64,000 nt of DNA, from NCBI GenBank assembly GCA_012513575.1, contig JAAZBX010000007.1:27931-91930 (forward strand), in the 5' to 3' direction. This document shows, piece by piece, positions 40,021 to 49,586 of the stretch (the first letter of the stretch is position 1; each line of letters begins with the position of its first letter). A program made the translations under genes and the position numbers. The notes under the pieces were generated by a model, which was not told the origin of the DNA, ran no database searches, and saw only the letters and a list, made by a program, of their open reading frames with translations. This DNA comes from Candidatus Dojkabacteria bacterium (lineage in GTDB: Bacteria > Patescibacteriota > Dojkabacteria > SC72).

Positions 40021-40689
40021 TTATTCTTTCTTCTCATCTAAATTAGTACTAAAATTCCCTTCTTTCATAGTAATCTTGAATTCAAATTTTACAACAGAAT
40101 CCAGTTTATTAAATTGTTCAAGACTTACCCTGCTTACTAGCTCATCTTCACTTAAAAGGTACCAGAATTTAGCCAAATCATCTAAAGATGGGCATTTGCC
40201 TTCAAAAGAAACCGATTTTACACTCTGGAAATCAAATTGATCTAATTCAATATCACCTAGATTTGAGGCAATTTGGGTAAAATATTCAAAAATCTTCCTC
40301 GCCGAATATTGATTTGATGAAATATCTTGATAAAGATATATTCTTCTTAATATCTCCTCATTAGAAAGAATAACTGAACTCAACTGTTTTACTTCCGCCT
40401 CTTGTTTACTTAATTCGCTTTGTGCTTTCTGAACCTGTATCTTGCTTATCGTCGAAAAAAGAACAATGATTATTGTGATTGTAAGAAAAATGATAATACT
40501 TAATATTGAACCGATGTTCAATTTAACCTTCTTTTTTTCCTGAACTATTTCGGATTTTGACAATATTGGAACCAAGTTAATGCTATCATCATTATCAGCC
40601 AAAAATACATCGTCAAGGCTTGGAGCCTCTTCCTTGACTACTGATTTGACCTCTTTTTCCTTTTTGTTTTCTTCAATTACTTTATTCAT
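40021..40689 (-). CDS. pilN: Type IV pilus assembly protein PilN-like
   Basis: Cytoplasmic N-terminus, one TM helix and a coiled coil (QVQKAQSELSKQEAEVKQL). Overlaps the pilM stop. Confidence 0.6.
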   Translation of the reverse strand: MNKVIEENKKEKEVKSVVKEEAPSLDDVFLADNDDSINLVPILSKSEIVQEKKKVKLNIGSILSIIIFLTITIIIVLFSTISKIQVQKAQSELSKQEAEVKQLSSVILSNEEILRRIYLYQDISSNQYSARKIFEYFTQIASNLGDIELDQFDFQSVKSVSFEGKCPSLDDLAKFWYLLSEDELVSRVSLEQFNKLDSVVKFEFKITMKEGNFSTNLDEKKE

Positions 40690-41713
40690 CTTTTAATGCT
40701 AAACCTATCGCAACTGAATATGATGGAGCACCCTTCATCGCGATGTCCTCGAAACGTTTATCAATTATAATATTGTTCCAAGGCATTGCAATCATTACAT
40801 TGGCATTTAAGCTTTTTGCGACATATTCTTTCAAGCCTGGAAGGAGAGCACCATCTCCACTTAAGACATAATCTGTTGGAGCAATTGAAAGGGTTCTACT
40901 CTTGAAAAACTCAACACCTCTTCGAACTTCAACCAATATGGATTCAATTATTGGCGTTAATACACTCAAAATCTTTCCTTCCAATACATTGTCTACTAAA
41001 CCGTAATTTCTTTTGAACTCTTCTGCTCGCTGGGTATCGAGATTAAATTTATTTACAACTGCCTGTGTCAGGGAATCAGAGCCTATCGCAATACTTTGAG
41101 AGAATACTAGGTATCCTTCTGAAATAATACTCATATCTGTACTGTTGGCACCGAAATCTAACATTACCAAAGTATTTTTCCCTGTTGATTTGTACATGGC
41201 TCTCCCCATTGCAACTGATTCAGTTTCAATTGAGAGCAAATCTAAACCTGCCTGTGCAGCAATATTAACATAGATATTTACAACTTTTTTTGCAGCAGCT
41301 ACGACTAGTACTCTTGGAGCATTTTTTTCAGTATTAAAACCTATCGGAACATAGTCTAGTTGAACCTCATTCAAAGGTAAAGGAATATACTGTTTAGCCT
41401 CGTAGTAAACGGCCTCTTTTAATTCTTCTTTCTTTACTCCAGGTAATTCAAAGAATCTTGTAAACACAGAAAACTCAGGTAAAGCCATAACTACTTGCCT
41501 ATTTTTAATCGCAGAGGCATCATAGAGCCTTTTTAAGACATCAGCAAGTTTCTTCTGGTCTGCAATGTCTTCACTGTTAATAACTCCCTTTGGAGTGACT
41601 TGTGAACCTAGATTAACTAATGTTGGTTTGTTGGTTGATATCCCTGAAAGCTCCACAGCTTTTACAGAGTGCGTTCCAAAGTCTATCCCAACATGATCGG
41701 GCAGTTTTGCCAT
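40682..41713 (-). CDS. pilM: Type IV pilus assembly ATPase-fold protein PilM
   Basis: Actin/FtsA-like fold. HVGIDFGTHSVKAVEL phosphate-1 motif. Confidence 0.8.
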   Translation of the reverse strand: MAKLPDHVGIDFGTHSVKAVELSGISTNKPTLVNLGSQVTPKGVINSEDIADQKKLADVLKRLYDASAIKNRQVVMALPEFSVFTRFFELPGVKKEELKEAVYYEAKQYIPLPLNEVQLDYVPIGFNTEKNAPRVLVVAAAKKVVNIYVNIAAQAGLDLLSIETESVAMGRAMYKSTGKNTLVMLDFGANSTDMSIISEGYLVFSQSIAIGSDSLTQAVVNKFNLDTQRAEEFKRNYGLVDNVLEGKILSVLTPIIESILVEVRRGVEFFKSRTLSIAPTDYVLSGDGALLPGLKEYVAKSLNANVMIAMPWNNIIIDKRFEDIAMKGAPSYSVAIGLALKDE

Positions 41714-41758
41714 GTTAAGTAATTCAAATAATATTAATTCAAACTTTCAAAAGAGCTT

Positions 41759-42157
41759 TTACAATTGTCCGGGTTCGCCGACATATTTGTTTAATTCTTT
41801 GACTAAGCCATCGTAATCTAAATCAGTTTTTACTAAATATGATGAAGCTCCTAGGCTAAACGATTCTCTAATAACAGACTCACTTGTCATATTAGTTAGG
41901 ATAATTACAGACATATCTCCATATTTCCCAGTATTTGTTTTAATAGCCCTGAGAACCTCCAAACCATCAACACCAGGCATCATCAAATCAAGAAGAAGAA
42001 TGTCAACGTTACCTAAGTTCTTTGACAATGTATCTAGGGCTTGATATCCATCAGAGGCTGTTAAAGCAAAGAAACCTGCCGTTTCAATTAATTCTTTGTA
42101 AGAATCCAACAAGTCTTTCTCATCCTCTACGACTAGAATTGTTTTCTTTTTATCCAT
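41759..42157 (-). CDS. Single-domain CheY/PilH-like response regulator
   Basis: Canonical receiver: VVEDE, the phospho-acceptor in LLLDLMMPGVDG, Thr in IILTN and Lys in LVKTD. Confidence 0.8.
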   Translation of the reverse strand: MDKKKTILVVEDEKDLLDSYKELIETAGFFALTASDGYQALDTLSKNLGNVDILLLDLMMPGVDGLEVLRAIKTNTGKYGDMSVIILTNMTSESVIRESFSLGASSYLVKTDLDYDGLVKELNKYVGEPGQL

Positions 42158-42198
42158 TTCACCTGTTTGTTGAATTTAGACAGTTTGGTTTATACATA

Positions 42199-42900
42199 TT
42201 ACCATATTATCGTTTCAGTTTTAATAATTGCTTGCCTCTGGAATTGTCTGTTTAGTAACTCACCGTTCCCAAAGTACCAATTTACAGCAGAAGAGAGCAT
42301 ATCTAATTGAATTACTTTGTTTTTCTCAACTGTAGGTTTAAGTTGTATAGTAAAATTCTCGATGTTTACAAATCTAGAGTTTAATACAACAAAATTTTCA
42401 TTTTCGGATATCAAACAATCACGATGATCATCGGGAGTATCCGCTAAATCAGGTTTTGAAGCTCTTAGAATATATCCATTTACATTCCCACTATTATCAA
42501 CATCAGTAGAAACACCTTTGTAGAAGGCTAAACAAATCCACCCAGTTGAGCCGTTTGGTTTGAAATGAATCTCATTACCTGTTTGGTTAGGAACTGTTAC
42601 TTCATCAAAAGAAGAAATCTCTGTTATATTTCCATTCTCAAAATTAAACGTTCTGGCATTACTTTGATAAAGACGAACATTACTCGGATCTGTTGTCCTG
42701 AGTGTTCTTCTTAACATCTCTAAAACATACTCTGATTCCGTTCTTACTCTTGCCTTGTTAGTAGAAGTTGTGGATACCCTTATCAATGTTGAGAGGACTA
42801 AAGCGGAAGTAAGCATTAAGAAACCAAGGATTACAGTCGTTATTAACATCTCCACCAAGCTAAACCCTTCGTATGTTTTTCTCTTTTTCATTCTCATCAT
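42199..42900 (-). CDS. Minor pilin / pseudopilin with a class III signal
   Basis: N-terminus KRKTYEGFSLVEMLITTVILGF has a prepilin cleavage and methylation motif (G/FSLVEM). Confidence 0.7.
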   Translation of the reverse strand: MMRMKKRKTYEGFSLVEMLITTVILGFLMLTSALVLSTLIRVSTTSTNKARVRTESEYVLEMLRRTLRTTDPSNVRLYQSNARTFNFENGNITEISSFDEVTVPNQTGNEIHFKPNGSTGWICLAFYKGVSTDVDNSGNVNGYILRASKPDLADTPDDHRDCLISENENFVVLNSRFVNIENFTIQLKPTVEKNKVIQLDMLSSAVNWYFGNGELLNRQFQRQAIIKTETIIW

Positions 42901-43496
42901 CTTAAAGGTATTACAGTTGAATATATATAGTGTTTGACATTTCTTCTTGCAGTATATGTACCTTCGCTTGCAAGATGACCAACCACAATCCCAACATTTA
43001 TTTGTTTATCCGTAGACGCAGTGTAGGGATAAAAACATGCATATCTAAAGAAACCACTTCCAACATTATTTGTCATTATTTCTGCATCTTCAAAATCTTC
43101 TCTATGAATATTAATCGTTTCTATTGTAAGAGAAGATATCGTCAGAATCTTAAAGTCATCATCTTTTTTAAATTCAAACACTCCTGAATTTGTAGTATCA
43201 GGAATAAAACATTTGATATTTGTTGGAAAACTAGGAGCTATTTTGTTAAAAAATGATATAGCATCAGAAGAAGTAGGATACTCGTAAAATTCCTGGACTA
43301 TATTCTCAGCCATATTTGCTCCTTCAACTGCATACTGTGTCATTTTATCTATTCTTTCATTTTCTACAGCATCACTCATTGTAGAAGCTGCAATTCTCAT
43401 AAGGACAACAGATGCGACACCAACTACCATTATGGCAATAAGGGATTCAATAAAGCCCATTCCTTCATATGAATTGTATTTAATTTTGTTCTTCAT
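42897..43496 (-). CDS. Minor pilin / pseudopilin
   Basis: N-terminus YEGMGFIESLIAIMVVGV is a prepilin-type motif with Glu at +5. Confidence 0.65.
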   Translation of the reverse strand: MKNKIKYNSYEGMGFIESLIAIMVVGVASVVLMRIAASTMSDAVENERIDKMTQYAVEGANMAENIVQEFYEYPTSSDAISFFNKIAPSFPTNIKCFIPDTTNSGVFEFKKDDDFKILTISSLTIETINIHREDFEDAEIMTNNVGSGFFRYACFYPYTASTDKQINVGIVVGHLASEGTYTARRNVKHYIYSTVIPLR

Positions 43497-44292
43497 TTCC
43501 TTTTACAATAATTCTTCCTGACAAGTGAGATATGACGATAGTTTTTCCACCTTTATTTCCTGGTCGTGAAATCTTAATCTCAAGGGGTAATGTTTCAGAC
43601 AAAGGCTTATGTGTATCATAATCGAAATTCAGCAACGCACCAGCAGAATCATAGAAGAGAGCTCTTCCTGTTACTGATTCAAAAAGAAGAAAAGCAGGAC
43701 GAGCATTGGGATTGGGTTCATCTGGATAACTGTCAGAAAAAACAGGCAAAATATTAACAGATAACTGCTGGTTTCCAGCTCCCATCGTACCAATACCCAT
43801 ATCTCCGAACAATGCATACCCCTTTAGGACATTGACTCCATCGCTTCCACAAGAACCCGTGTTGAAGGGTACTGTTGTAACTGGAATATTCCCATTATAT
43901 GAGCTGATGTCATTCTGTGGATCGAAATTGGGCACTGCTGATCTAGTTCTTATATCTCCATACTCAGAAAACCCTGAACACCATTTAAACGGATAATAGA
44001 CTCCGAAAGTTCCATTAACAGTATCCTCAATATTCCTTAAATCTATACCCAACCCATAAATCCATCCTTCATTTGAACTTTTTTCTAGCAACATAGCATC
44101 TCTCTGTACTTTCCTAATATTTTGTTCAAAACCATTTATAAACTCATTTAATCTAATAGTTGATTGAAAATTTTGATATGTTGAAAAAGAAAGTCCTGAT
44201 AAAAGAACAATTATGGACATAACAATCAACAACTCTATAAGTGTAAAACCAGAATATCTTGAAATCTTTTTTAACATATTAGGCAGCTTCAA
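43480..44292 (-). CDS. Minor pilin / pseudopilin
   Basis: N-terminus SRYSGFTLIELLIVMSIIVLLSG is a textbook GFTLIE prepilin motif. Confidence 0.75.
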   Translation of the reverse strand: MKLPNMLKKISRYSGFTLIELLIVMSIIVLLSGLSFSTYQNFQSTIRLNEFINGFEQNIRKVQRDAMLLEKSSNEGWIYGLGIDLRNIEDTVNGTFGVYYPFKWCSGFSEYGDIRTRSAVPNFDPQNDISSYNGNIPVTTVPFNTGSCGSDGVNVLKGYALFGDMGIGTMGAGNQQLSVNILPVFSDSYPDEPNPNARPAFLLFESVTGRALFYDSAGALLNFDYDTHKPLSETLPLEIKISRPGNKGGKTIVISHLSGRIIVKGNEEQN

Positions 44293-44345
44293 GTTACTAA
44301 TTCAATTTAGCATAAAACAATATACTATTCAATGTTTCTTACACT

Positions 44346-45101
44346 TTAAAGAGGTGGAATAATGAGCTGTAAGATTTTACTAAAAATCACATCTCCATAT
44401 ACAGCTCCAATTACAAAAGAAAGAGAGATGAAAGGAATCATTGGAATTTTTATCTTTTTGATATCTTCCTTTGTTATCAATCCATTAAAAATCGCATAGA
44501 GTAGAGCAGATACAATCGAGAGCCAAAAGGTCGTTAAAAATTGCTTTGGAGATATTACCAATCCAATTGAGAGTAATACTAGAATATCACCGAAGCCGAA
44601 AGATTTCTTTATTATCTTTGTTAATAGAAATATCCCTAATAATATTCCAATTGTAATAATTACAGACAGAGGAATTTGAATAAAGAGTATAAAAACAAGA
44701 ATTGAGAAAATTAATAAAGTATGAACTAAATTTCTCGGAATTTCTTTGTAGAGAAAATCATAGTATGAGAGAAGAAATAGGAATAGTAGAATTATCCAGA
44801 TATAAAAATGGGAACTATTTAAATAGAGAAGAAGGAAAGAACCTCCTAGGAAAGCTTCAGAGATAGGGTAGTAGGGATTTACCTTTGAGCGACAATTTTT
44901 ACATCTTCCTTTAATTAATAAATAACCAAAACATGGAATTAATTCATACCAAGTTAGTTTCTTTTTACATTTTTCACAATAAGAACTTTCTGTTAAGAGA
45001 GTTGATAGTTTAATATTTTTTTCAATTCTGTATAGTGTAGCGTTAATATAACTGGCCAAGGAAGCACCTAAGAAGAATATACATAAATATATAATTAGCA
45101 T
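44346..45101 (-). CDS. pilD: Prepilin peptidase / N-methyltransferase PilD (A24 family)
   Basis: Polytopic membrane protein with a CEKCKK...CKNCRS zinc-binding tetracysteine loop and conserved Asp residues. Confidence 0.8.
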   Translation of the reverse strand: MLIIYLCIFFLGASLASYINATLYRIEKNIKLSTLLTESSYCEKCKKKLTWYELIPCFGYLLIKGRCKNCRSKVNPYYPISEAFLGGSFLLLYLNSSHFYIWIILLFLFLLSYYDFLYKEIPRNLVHTLLIFSILVFILFIQIPLSVIITIGILLGIFLLTKIIKKSFGFGDILVLLSIGLVISPKQFLTTFWLSIVSALLYAIFNGLITKEDIKKIKIPMIPFISLSFVIGAVYGDVIFSKILQLIIPPL

Positions 45102-45133
45102 GTATCCATTATATACAGCTTTTTAAAAAAGAA

Positions 45134-45155
45134 GAACCCCTCGGAAGAGGGGTTC
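45134..45155 (-). terminator. Intrinsic terminator downstream of pilin gene 45171..45968
   Basis: Perfect hairpin GAACCCCTC-GGAA-GAGGGGTTC, followed on the minus strand by a T-rich run. Confidence 0.7.
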
Positions 45156-45170
45156 AAAGATATTTCTTAA

Positions 45171-45968
45171 TTACATACAGGCAGGACTATTCACATCAAG
45201 GCATTCTGTGTCTTTGTCAGAAACACAACTTGGAGAACATGGGTCATCAGGGCTTCCAGGTATTACTGGGGATGGAATATCTTTAACAATTGGTTCCAAA
45301 GTCTTATCTGTTCCATCATCCGTATCACAATATGAGGGTCTACCATCAATACAGTTTGTATTCTTTGTAGGATCACATGGAGCACAAGGGTCATAGGTTG
45401 GTTCCTCTTTTATTGGTGTCCACGTCCTTCCGTCCCAATTTGACCTTGTTTTAGCTTTCTTTATCAATTCATAACTTGCCGGGTCTTCCACAGGTAGATA
45501 CTTCTCCTTTGTTATTGTTCCAAAACCCTCTCCCATGGTTGGGTCTCCAAATCCATTTCCTACACAAATTATCCCTTTTTGTAATTCATCATCAATCCCT
45601 CCTAAAGTAACACAAATTAATACGGCTTGTTTAGATGTATTAGTAGAGTAGTAGTAGGTAGCTTCAGAACCACCATTAAAAAGACCTAAATCTAAATAGT
45701 TTTTTAGACTTCCTCCCTCTGCAGTCATCTGTTCAATACTAATTGGTGTCCCATCAGGTTGACTCCCATCTGGGAATACCCCATTATCAGTATAGAAGGA
45801 TTGAGCAGCCTGATAGAGTTGTGTGGCACCATTTTTATGTGCTATCTCATTTGATTTGTCTATTGAGAATCTTCCTGCAGCTACTCCTACGACAATTAGA
45901 ATTACCAAGATCCCCATTACAATTAGCATTTCTACTAACGTGAATGCTTTATATGATTTTTTCTTCAT
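45171..45968 (-). CDS. Type IV major pilin paralogue with a Cys-rich C-terminal extension
   Basis: N-terminus MKKKSYKAFTLVEMLIVMGILVIL is a class III signal with Ala at -1. The pilin fold has the CVTLGG...CVGNGF Cys pair. The last ~70 aa are Cys/Pro/Asp-rich with 10 Cys. Confidence 0.8.
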   Translation of the reverse strand: MKKKSYKAFTLVEMLIVMGILVILIVVGVAAGRFSIDKSNEIAHKNGATQLYQAAQSFYTDNGVFPDGSQPDGTPISIEQMTAEGGSLKNYLDLGLFNGGSEATYYYSTNTSKQAVLICVTLGGIDDELQKGIICVGNGFGDPTMGEGFGTITKEKYLPVEDPASYELIKKAKTRSNWDGRTWTPIKEEPTYDPCAPCDPTKNTNCIDGRPSYCDTDDGTDKTLEPIVKDIPSPVIPGSPDDPCSPSCVSDKDTECLDVNSPACM

Positions 45969-46029
45969 AATTGCTTTTTTAAATTTACTTATTATAAATT
46001 ACACAATATCGTTATACTTGTCAAAAGAA

Positions 46030-46051
46030 AAACCCCTCCGAAGAGGGGTTT
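46030..46051 (-). terminator. Intrinsic terminator downstream of pilin gene 46078..46653
   Basis: Hairpin AAACCCCTC-CGAA-GAGGGGTTT plus a T-rich run on the minus strand. Nearly identical to the 45134..45155 hairpin. Confidence 0.7.
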
Positions 46052-46077
46052 CAGATTACAAAACACTAAACTTTAAC

Positions 46078-46653
46078 TTATTGAACTACATCAACAGTTC
46101 CCCATCCATCTCCATTCCAGAAAGATGTATCAGCCGTCTCAACAATAGCAGTATATTCTGCATTCTCATCTGCTTCGTAAAATTCTTTGGTAATTGTAAA
46201 TGAGCCACTCCCATTTGTCAGAGTGTCAGGAGCAGTAAGGGCAAAACCGTTACCAACACAAGAGACACCTTTATTTGTCTCATCACCCGCTCCACCCAAG
46301 GTTACACAAACAACAACTGCCTGTCTGGTACTATTTACATAATAAGAATAGTCTGCCTCAGACCCACCCTTAAATGAACCCATATCTAAATATTTTCCCA
46401 AAGCACCCTCCACATTGTTAGGATTCGTGGTCATGTTCTCCAAAGTGTCATAACTTGGAAATCTTCCATAATCAGTAAAATGAGATTGTAATGCTTGATA
46501 TAACTGTGTAGCACCATTCTGGTGTGCAATTTGATTTGCTCTATCAATTGCAAACCTTCCTGCAGCTACTCCTACTACCATAAGGATAACTAAGATTCCC
46601 ATAACAATAAGCATCTCAATCAAAGTAAATGCTTTGTATGTTGCTCTCTTCAT
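46078..46653 (-). CDS. Type IV major pilin (PilA-like)
   Basis: N-terminus MKRATYKAFTLIEMLIVMGILVIL. Shares about 35 near-identical N-terminal residues and internal motifs with the 45171..45968 paralogue. Confidence 0.8.
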   Translation of the reverse strand: MKRATYKAFTLIEMLIVMGILVILMVVGVAAGRFAIDRANQIAHQNGATQLYQALQSHFTDYGRFPSYDTLENMTTNPNNVEGALGKYLDMGSFKGGSEADYSYYVNSTRQAVVVCVTLGGAGDETNKGVSCVGNGFALTAPDTLTNGSGSFTITKEFYEADENAEYTAIVETADTSFWNGDGWGTVDVVQ

Positions 46654-46720
46654 ATATTTTATATATTTAGGTTAATTTAACTAATAATAAGTTACACAAT
46701 GCTATTAACATTGTCAATAG

Positions 46721-47932
46721 CTATGTCATAACTTGAGACAAACCAAACATAGGCATATACACACCAAGTGCAATAAAACCAACTGCAACACCCATAATTA
46801 TTAACATTAAAGGCTCTAAAATTGTTGAAAGATTTGAAGTAGCAGTATCAACCTCTTCTTTATAATATTGAGATACCTTTTCTAAAACTGCATCAATCTC
46901 ACCTGTCTCCTCTCCTACAGAAATCATGCTACTAACAAGAAGTGGAAAATACTCACTCCTTGCAATCGGAAGAGCTAAAGGTCCCCCCTTTTCTACCTCT
47001 TCCTTTGATTCCATTACAACATCTTTAAATATGGAATTACTTAAAGATTGTCCTGTTAGCTCAAGAGCTTTGACAATTGACAAACCACTACCAAGCAACA
47101 AAGACAGAATTCTAGTAAATTGGGCAATCTGGGTTTTTGAAATAAGTTTACCAATAATTGGGAGTTTAATTAGAAGCTTGTCTATTGTCTTCTTTCCTTT
47201 CTCTGTGCTTTTGTAATATCTGAAACTAACATAAAATACAGAAATTATGACAATAACGGCCCACCAATAATCAAGTAAGAGATCACTTGCAGTCATAAGC
47301 ATTCTGGTAATAACTGGTAAATCAGCACCAAAATCATTGTAGATATCCGACATTGATGGAACGAGCACAAACATCATCATCAAAATAACACCCAAAATTA
47401 CTACAAGGATAATAACAGGATAAATCATTGCAGATTTAATTTTACGACTAAGAGATTCTTTTTCTTCTAATTCTGTAGCCAACTTACCAAGAATAACTTC
47501 CAAATTTCCACTTTCCTCTCCAGCTTCAATTAGGTTGAGTGTAATATTGTCAAATACATCTTCCTGCTCTCTAAATGAAACCGATAATGATTTCCCTGAT
47601 TGTACTGCAGTAGAGACATTCTGAAGAACTTTTTTAAACATTGGATTGCTTGATTGGTCAACCATTATTTCCAAAGCCCTATTAAGTGGCAACCCAGACG
47701 CAATCATTGTAGCCATCTGCCTCATAAAAACAACCTTTTCTTTCATTGGAACTCCACCAATGTTTATCTCTGAAAACCTACTGGGATCTAATATGCTTGC
47801 TTCTTTAATTGAAACAACAACTAAACCTTGATCATGGAGGATATCAGCAACAGCTCCCGGGTCTCTTGCCTCAATATCTCCCTTTACCTCTCTACCGTTT
47901 TTATCTCTTGCAGAGTATTTAAATTTCCCCAT
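46721..47932 (-). CDS. pilC: Type IV pilus platform protein PilC (GspF family)
   Basis: Two GspF repeats, three TM segments, 403 aa. Confidence 0.85.
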   Translation of the reverse strand: MGKFKYSARDKNGREVKGDIEARDPGAVADILHDQGLVVVSIKEASILDPSRFSEINIGGVPMKEKVVFMRQMATMIASGLPLNRALEIMVDQSSNPMFKKVLQNVSTAVQSGKSLSVSFREQEDVFDNITLNLIEAGEESGNLEVILGKLATELEEKESLSRKIKSAMIYPVIILVVILGVILMMMFVLVPSMSDIYNDFGADLPVITRMLMTASDLLLDYWWAVIVIISVFYVSFRYYKSTEKGKKTIDKLLIKLPIIGKLISKTQIAQFTRILSLLLGSGLSIVKALELTGQSLSNSIFKDVVMESKEEVEKGGPLALPIARSEYFPLLVSSMISVGEETGEIDAVLEKVSQYYKEEVDTATSNLSTILEPLMLIIMGVAVGFIALGVYMPMFGLSQVMT

Positions 47933-47935
47933 ATT

Positions 47936-49564
47936 TTAACCTTTTAATAATCTAACTACTTCATCAGGATGAACAGCATACTCCTGGGCTTTTTGGGCAG
48001 TTATCACACCCTCCCTTACCAAAGAAACCAATGATTTCTCAAGATATACCATTCCGATATCGGCACTTGTCCTAATGACATTATCTATCTGATGAGTTTT
48101 ACCTTCCCTAATAAGATTGGCGACAGCAGGTGTATTAAACAAAATCTCAGAAACTGCTCGTCTTCCTCCCTGGTCAAGAGGGATAAGTCTTTGAGCAACA
48201 ATAACCTGAAGAATATTTGATAGCTGCAACCTTACTTGGGCTTGCTGATTTTCTGGAAACACATCGATTACTCTATCAACTGTTTGAGCAGCATTGTTAG
48301 TATGCAATGTTGCAAATACTAAATGACCTGTCTCTGCCAAAGTAATCGCTGCAGCAATAGTTTCATAATCTCTCATCTCACCAACTAGGATAACATCTGG
48401 GTCTTGCCTCATTGCACTTCTTAGTGCAATTGCCCAAGAATTTGTATCATCATTCATTTCTCTCTGATCAATCAATGCTTTTTTGCCCTCAAAGACATAT
48501 TCAATAGGATCCTCTATTGTAATAATATGATCAAACCTGTTTCTATTAATATCTTCTAACATAGCAGCTAAAGTCGTACTTTTCCCGTGACCAGTTGGAC
48601 CAGTAACTAATACAAGACCCTGTTTTAACTTGGCAATTTGATGATATATTTGTGGCAAAAGCAATTCTTCAATGGTTTTAACTCTTGTTGGAATAAGTCT
48701 AAAAGCAGCTGCCAAATTTTTCATGGTATAGTAAGCATTTACCCTAAATCGTGCAGTTCTTGCACCTTCGAAGGAATATGCAAAGTCAATCTCTCTATTT
48801 ACTTCAAGAAGTTCTTTTTTATCATCAGGGATTACGGAGAGTATTAATTTTTCAGCTTCCTCAGGAGTCATGAGCTTTTCTCCAACATCAATTAATTCTC
48901 CATCAATTCTAATTATCGGAGGATATCCAACTGAAATATGCAAATCAGATGCATTTTTATTTACTACTTCGGTAAAAAGTTTTTCCATTGTAATTTCATT
49001 GCCTTCTAGAGAAATTTTTGAATTTTCGTTTTCAAGTGGCTCACTGTGTGGCATTATTGTACTAAGAGGTTTTGAAAGATTGTTTTCTTTCTCATTTCTT
49101 TCGAGAGCTTTTATTTTGTTAAGCTCAGGCATAATTTGAGAAAGAGACTCATTCCAATTACTTTTTGCAATGGGAGGAACTTGAAGATTTGGTAACTCTG
49201 TGGGCTTTTGTACATAGGTGGCCTCCTGTGTAGCAGAAGGTTGAGTCTGAGATTGCGCTGTCTGAGAAGGAGATGCCACTACAGATTCTTGTGCAGGTGG
49301 AGTATCTATAAGTGCACTAATGTCTTTTTTAAGTTCATTTAGTTTGTTTTCATCTATGTATGTCGAAGTAGAATCTTTTATCTCTGTCTTTGGCACTGAA
49401 GCGGTAGAAACAGGGGATGGTTGGGAGGGAGTAGAAGATGGTGCCACTGGATTGGTTTGAGGTTGTGGAACTTGTGTCGGAGTAACCTGAATAGGGGAGT
49501 TATTAAAATCTGGATACGCGAATTGCATTCCGTTTGGATTTTGATTTTGGGCAGTATTATCCAT
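47936..49564 (-). CDS. pilT: Twitching-motility retraction ATPase PilT with a ~190-aa low-complexity N-terminal extension
   Basis: PilT core with GPTGHGKSTTLAAM, Asp/His boxes and AIALRSAMRQDPDVILVGEMRD. The N-terminus is rich in P/Q/T/S. Confidence 0.85.
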   Translation of the reverse strand: MDNTAQNQNPNGMQFAYPDFNNSPIQVTPTQVPQPQTNPVAPSSTPSQPSPVSTASVPKTEIKDSTSTYIDENKLNELKKDISALIDTPPAQESVVASPSQTAQSQTQPSATQEATYVQKPTELPNLQVPPIAKSNWNESLSQIMPELNKIKALERNEKENNLSKPLSTIMPHSEPLENENSKISLEGNEITMEKLFTEVVNKNASDLHISVGYPPIIRIDGELIDVGEKLMTPEEAEKLILSVIPDDKKELLEVNREIDFAYSFEGARTARFRVNAYYTMKNLAAAFRLIPTRVKTIEELLLPQIYHQIAKLKQGLVLVTGPTGHGKSTTLAAMLEDINRNRFDHIITIEDPIEYVFEGKKALIDQREMNDDTNSWAIALRSAMRQDPDVILVGEMRDYETIAAAITLAETGHLVFATLHTNNAAQTVDRVIDVFPENQQAQVRLQLSNILQVIVAQRLIPLDQGGRRAVSEILFNTPAVANLIREGKTHQIDNVIRTSADIGMVYLEKSLVSLVREGVITAQKAQEYAVHPDEVVRLLKG

Positions 49565-49586
49565 ATATATTATTTATACCAAAAAA

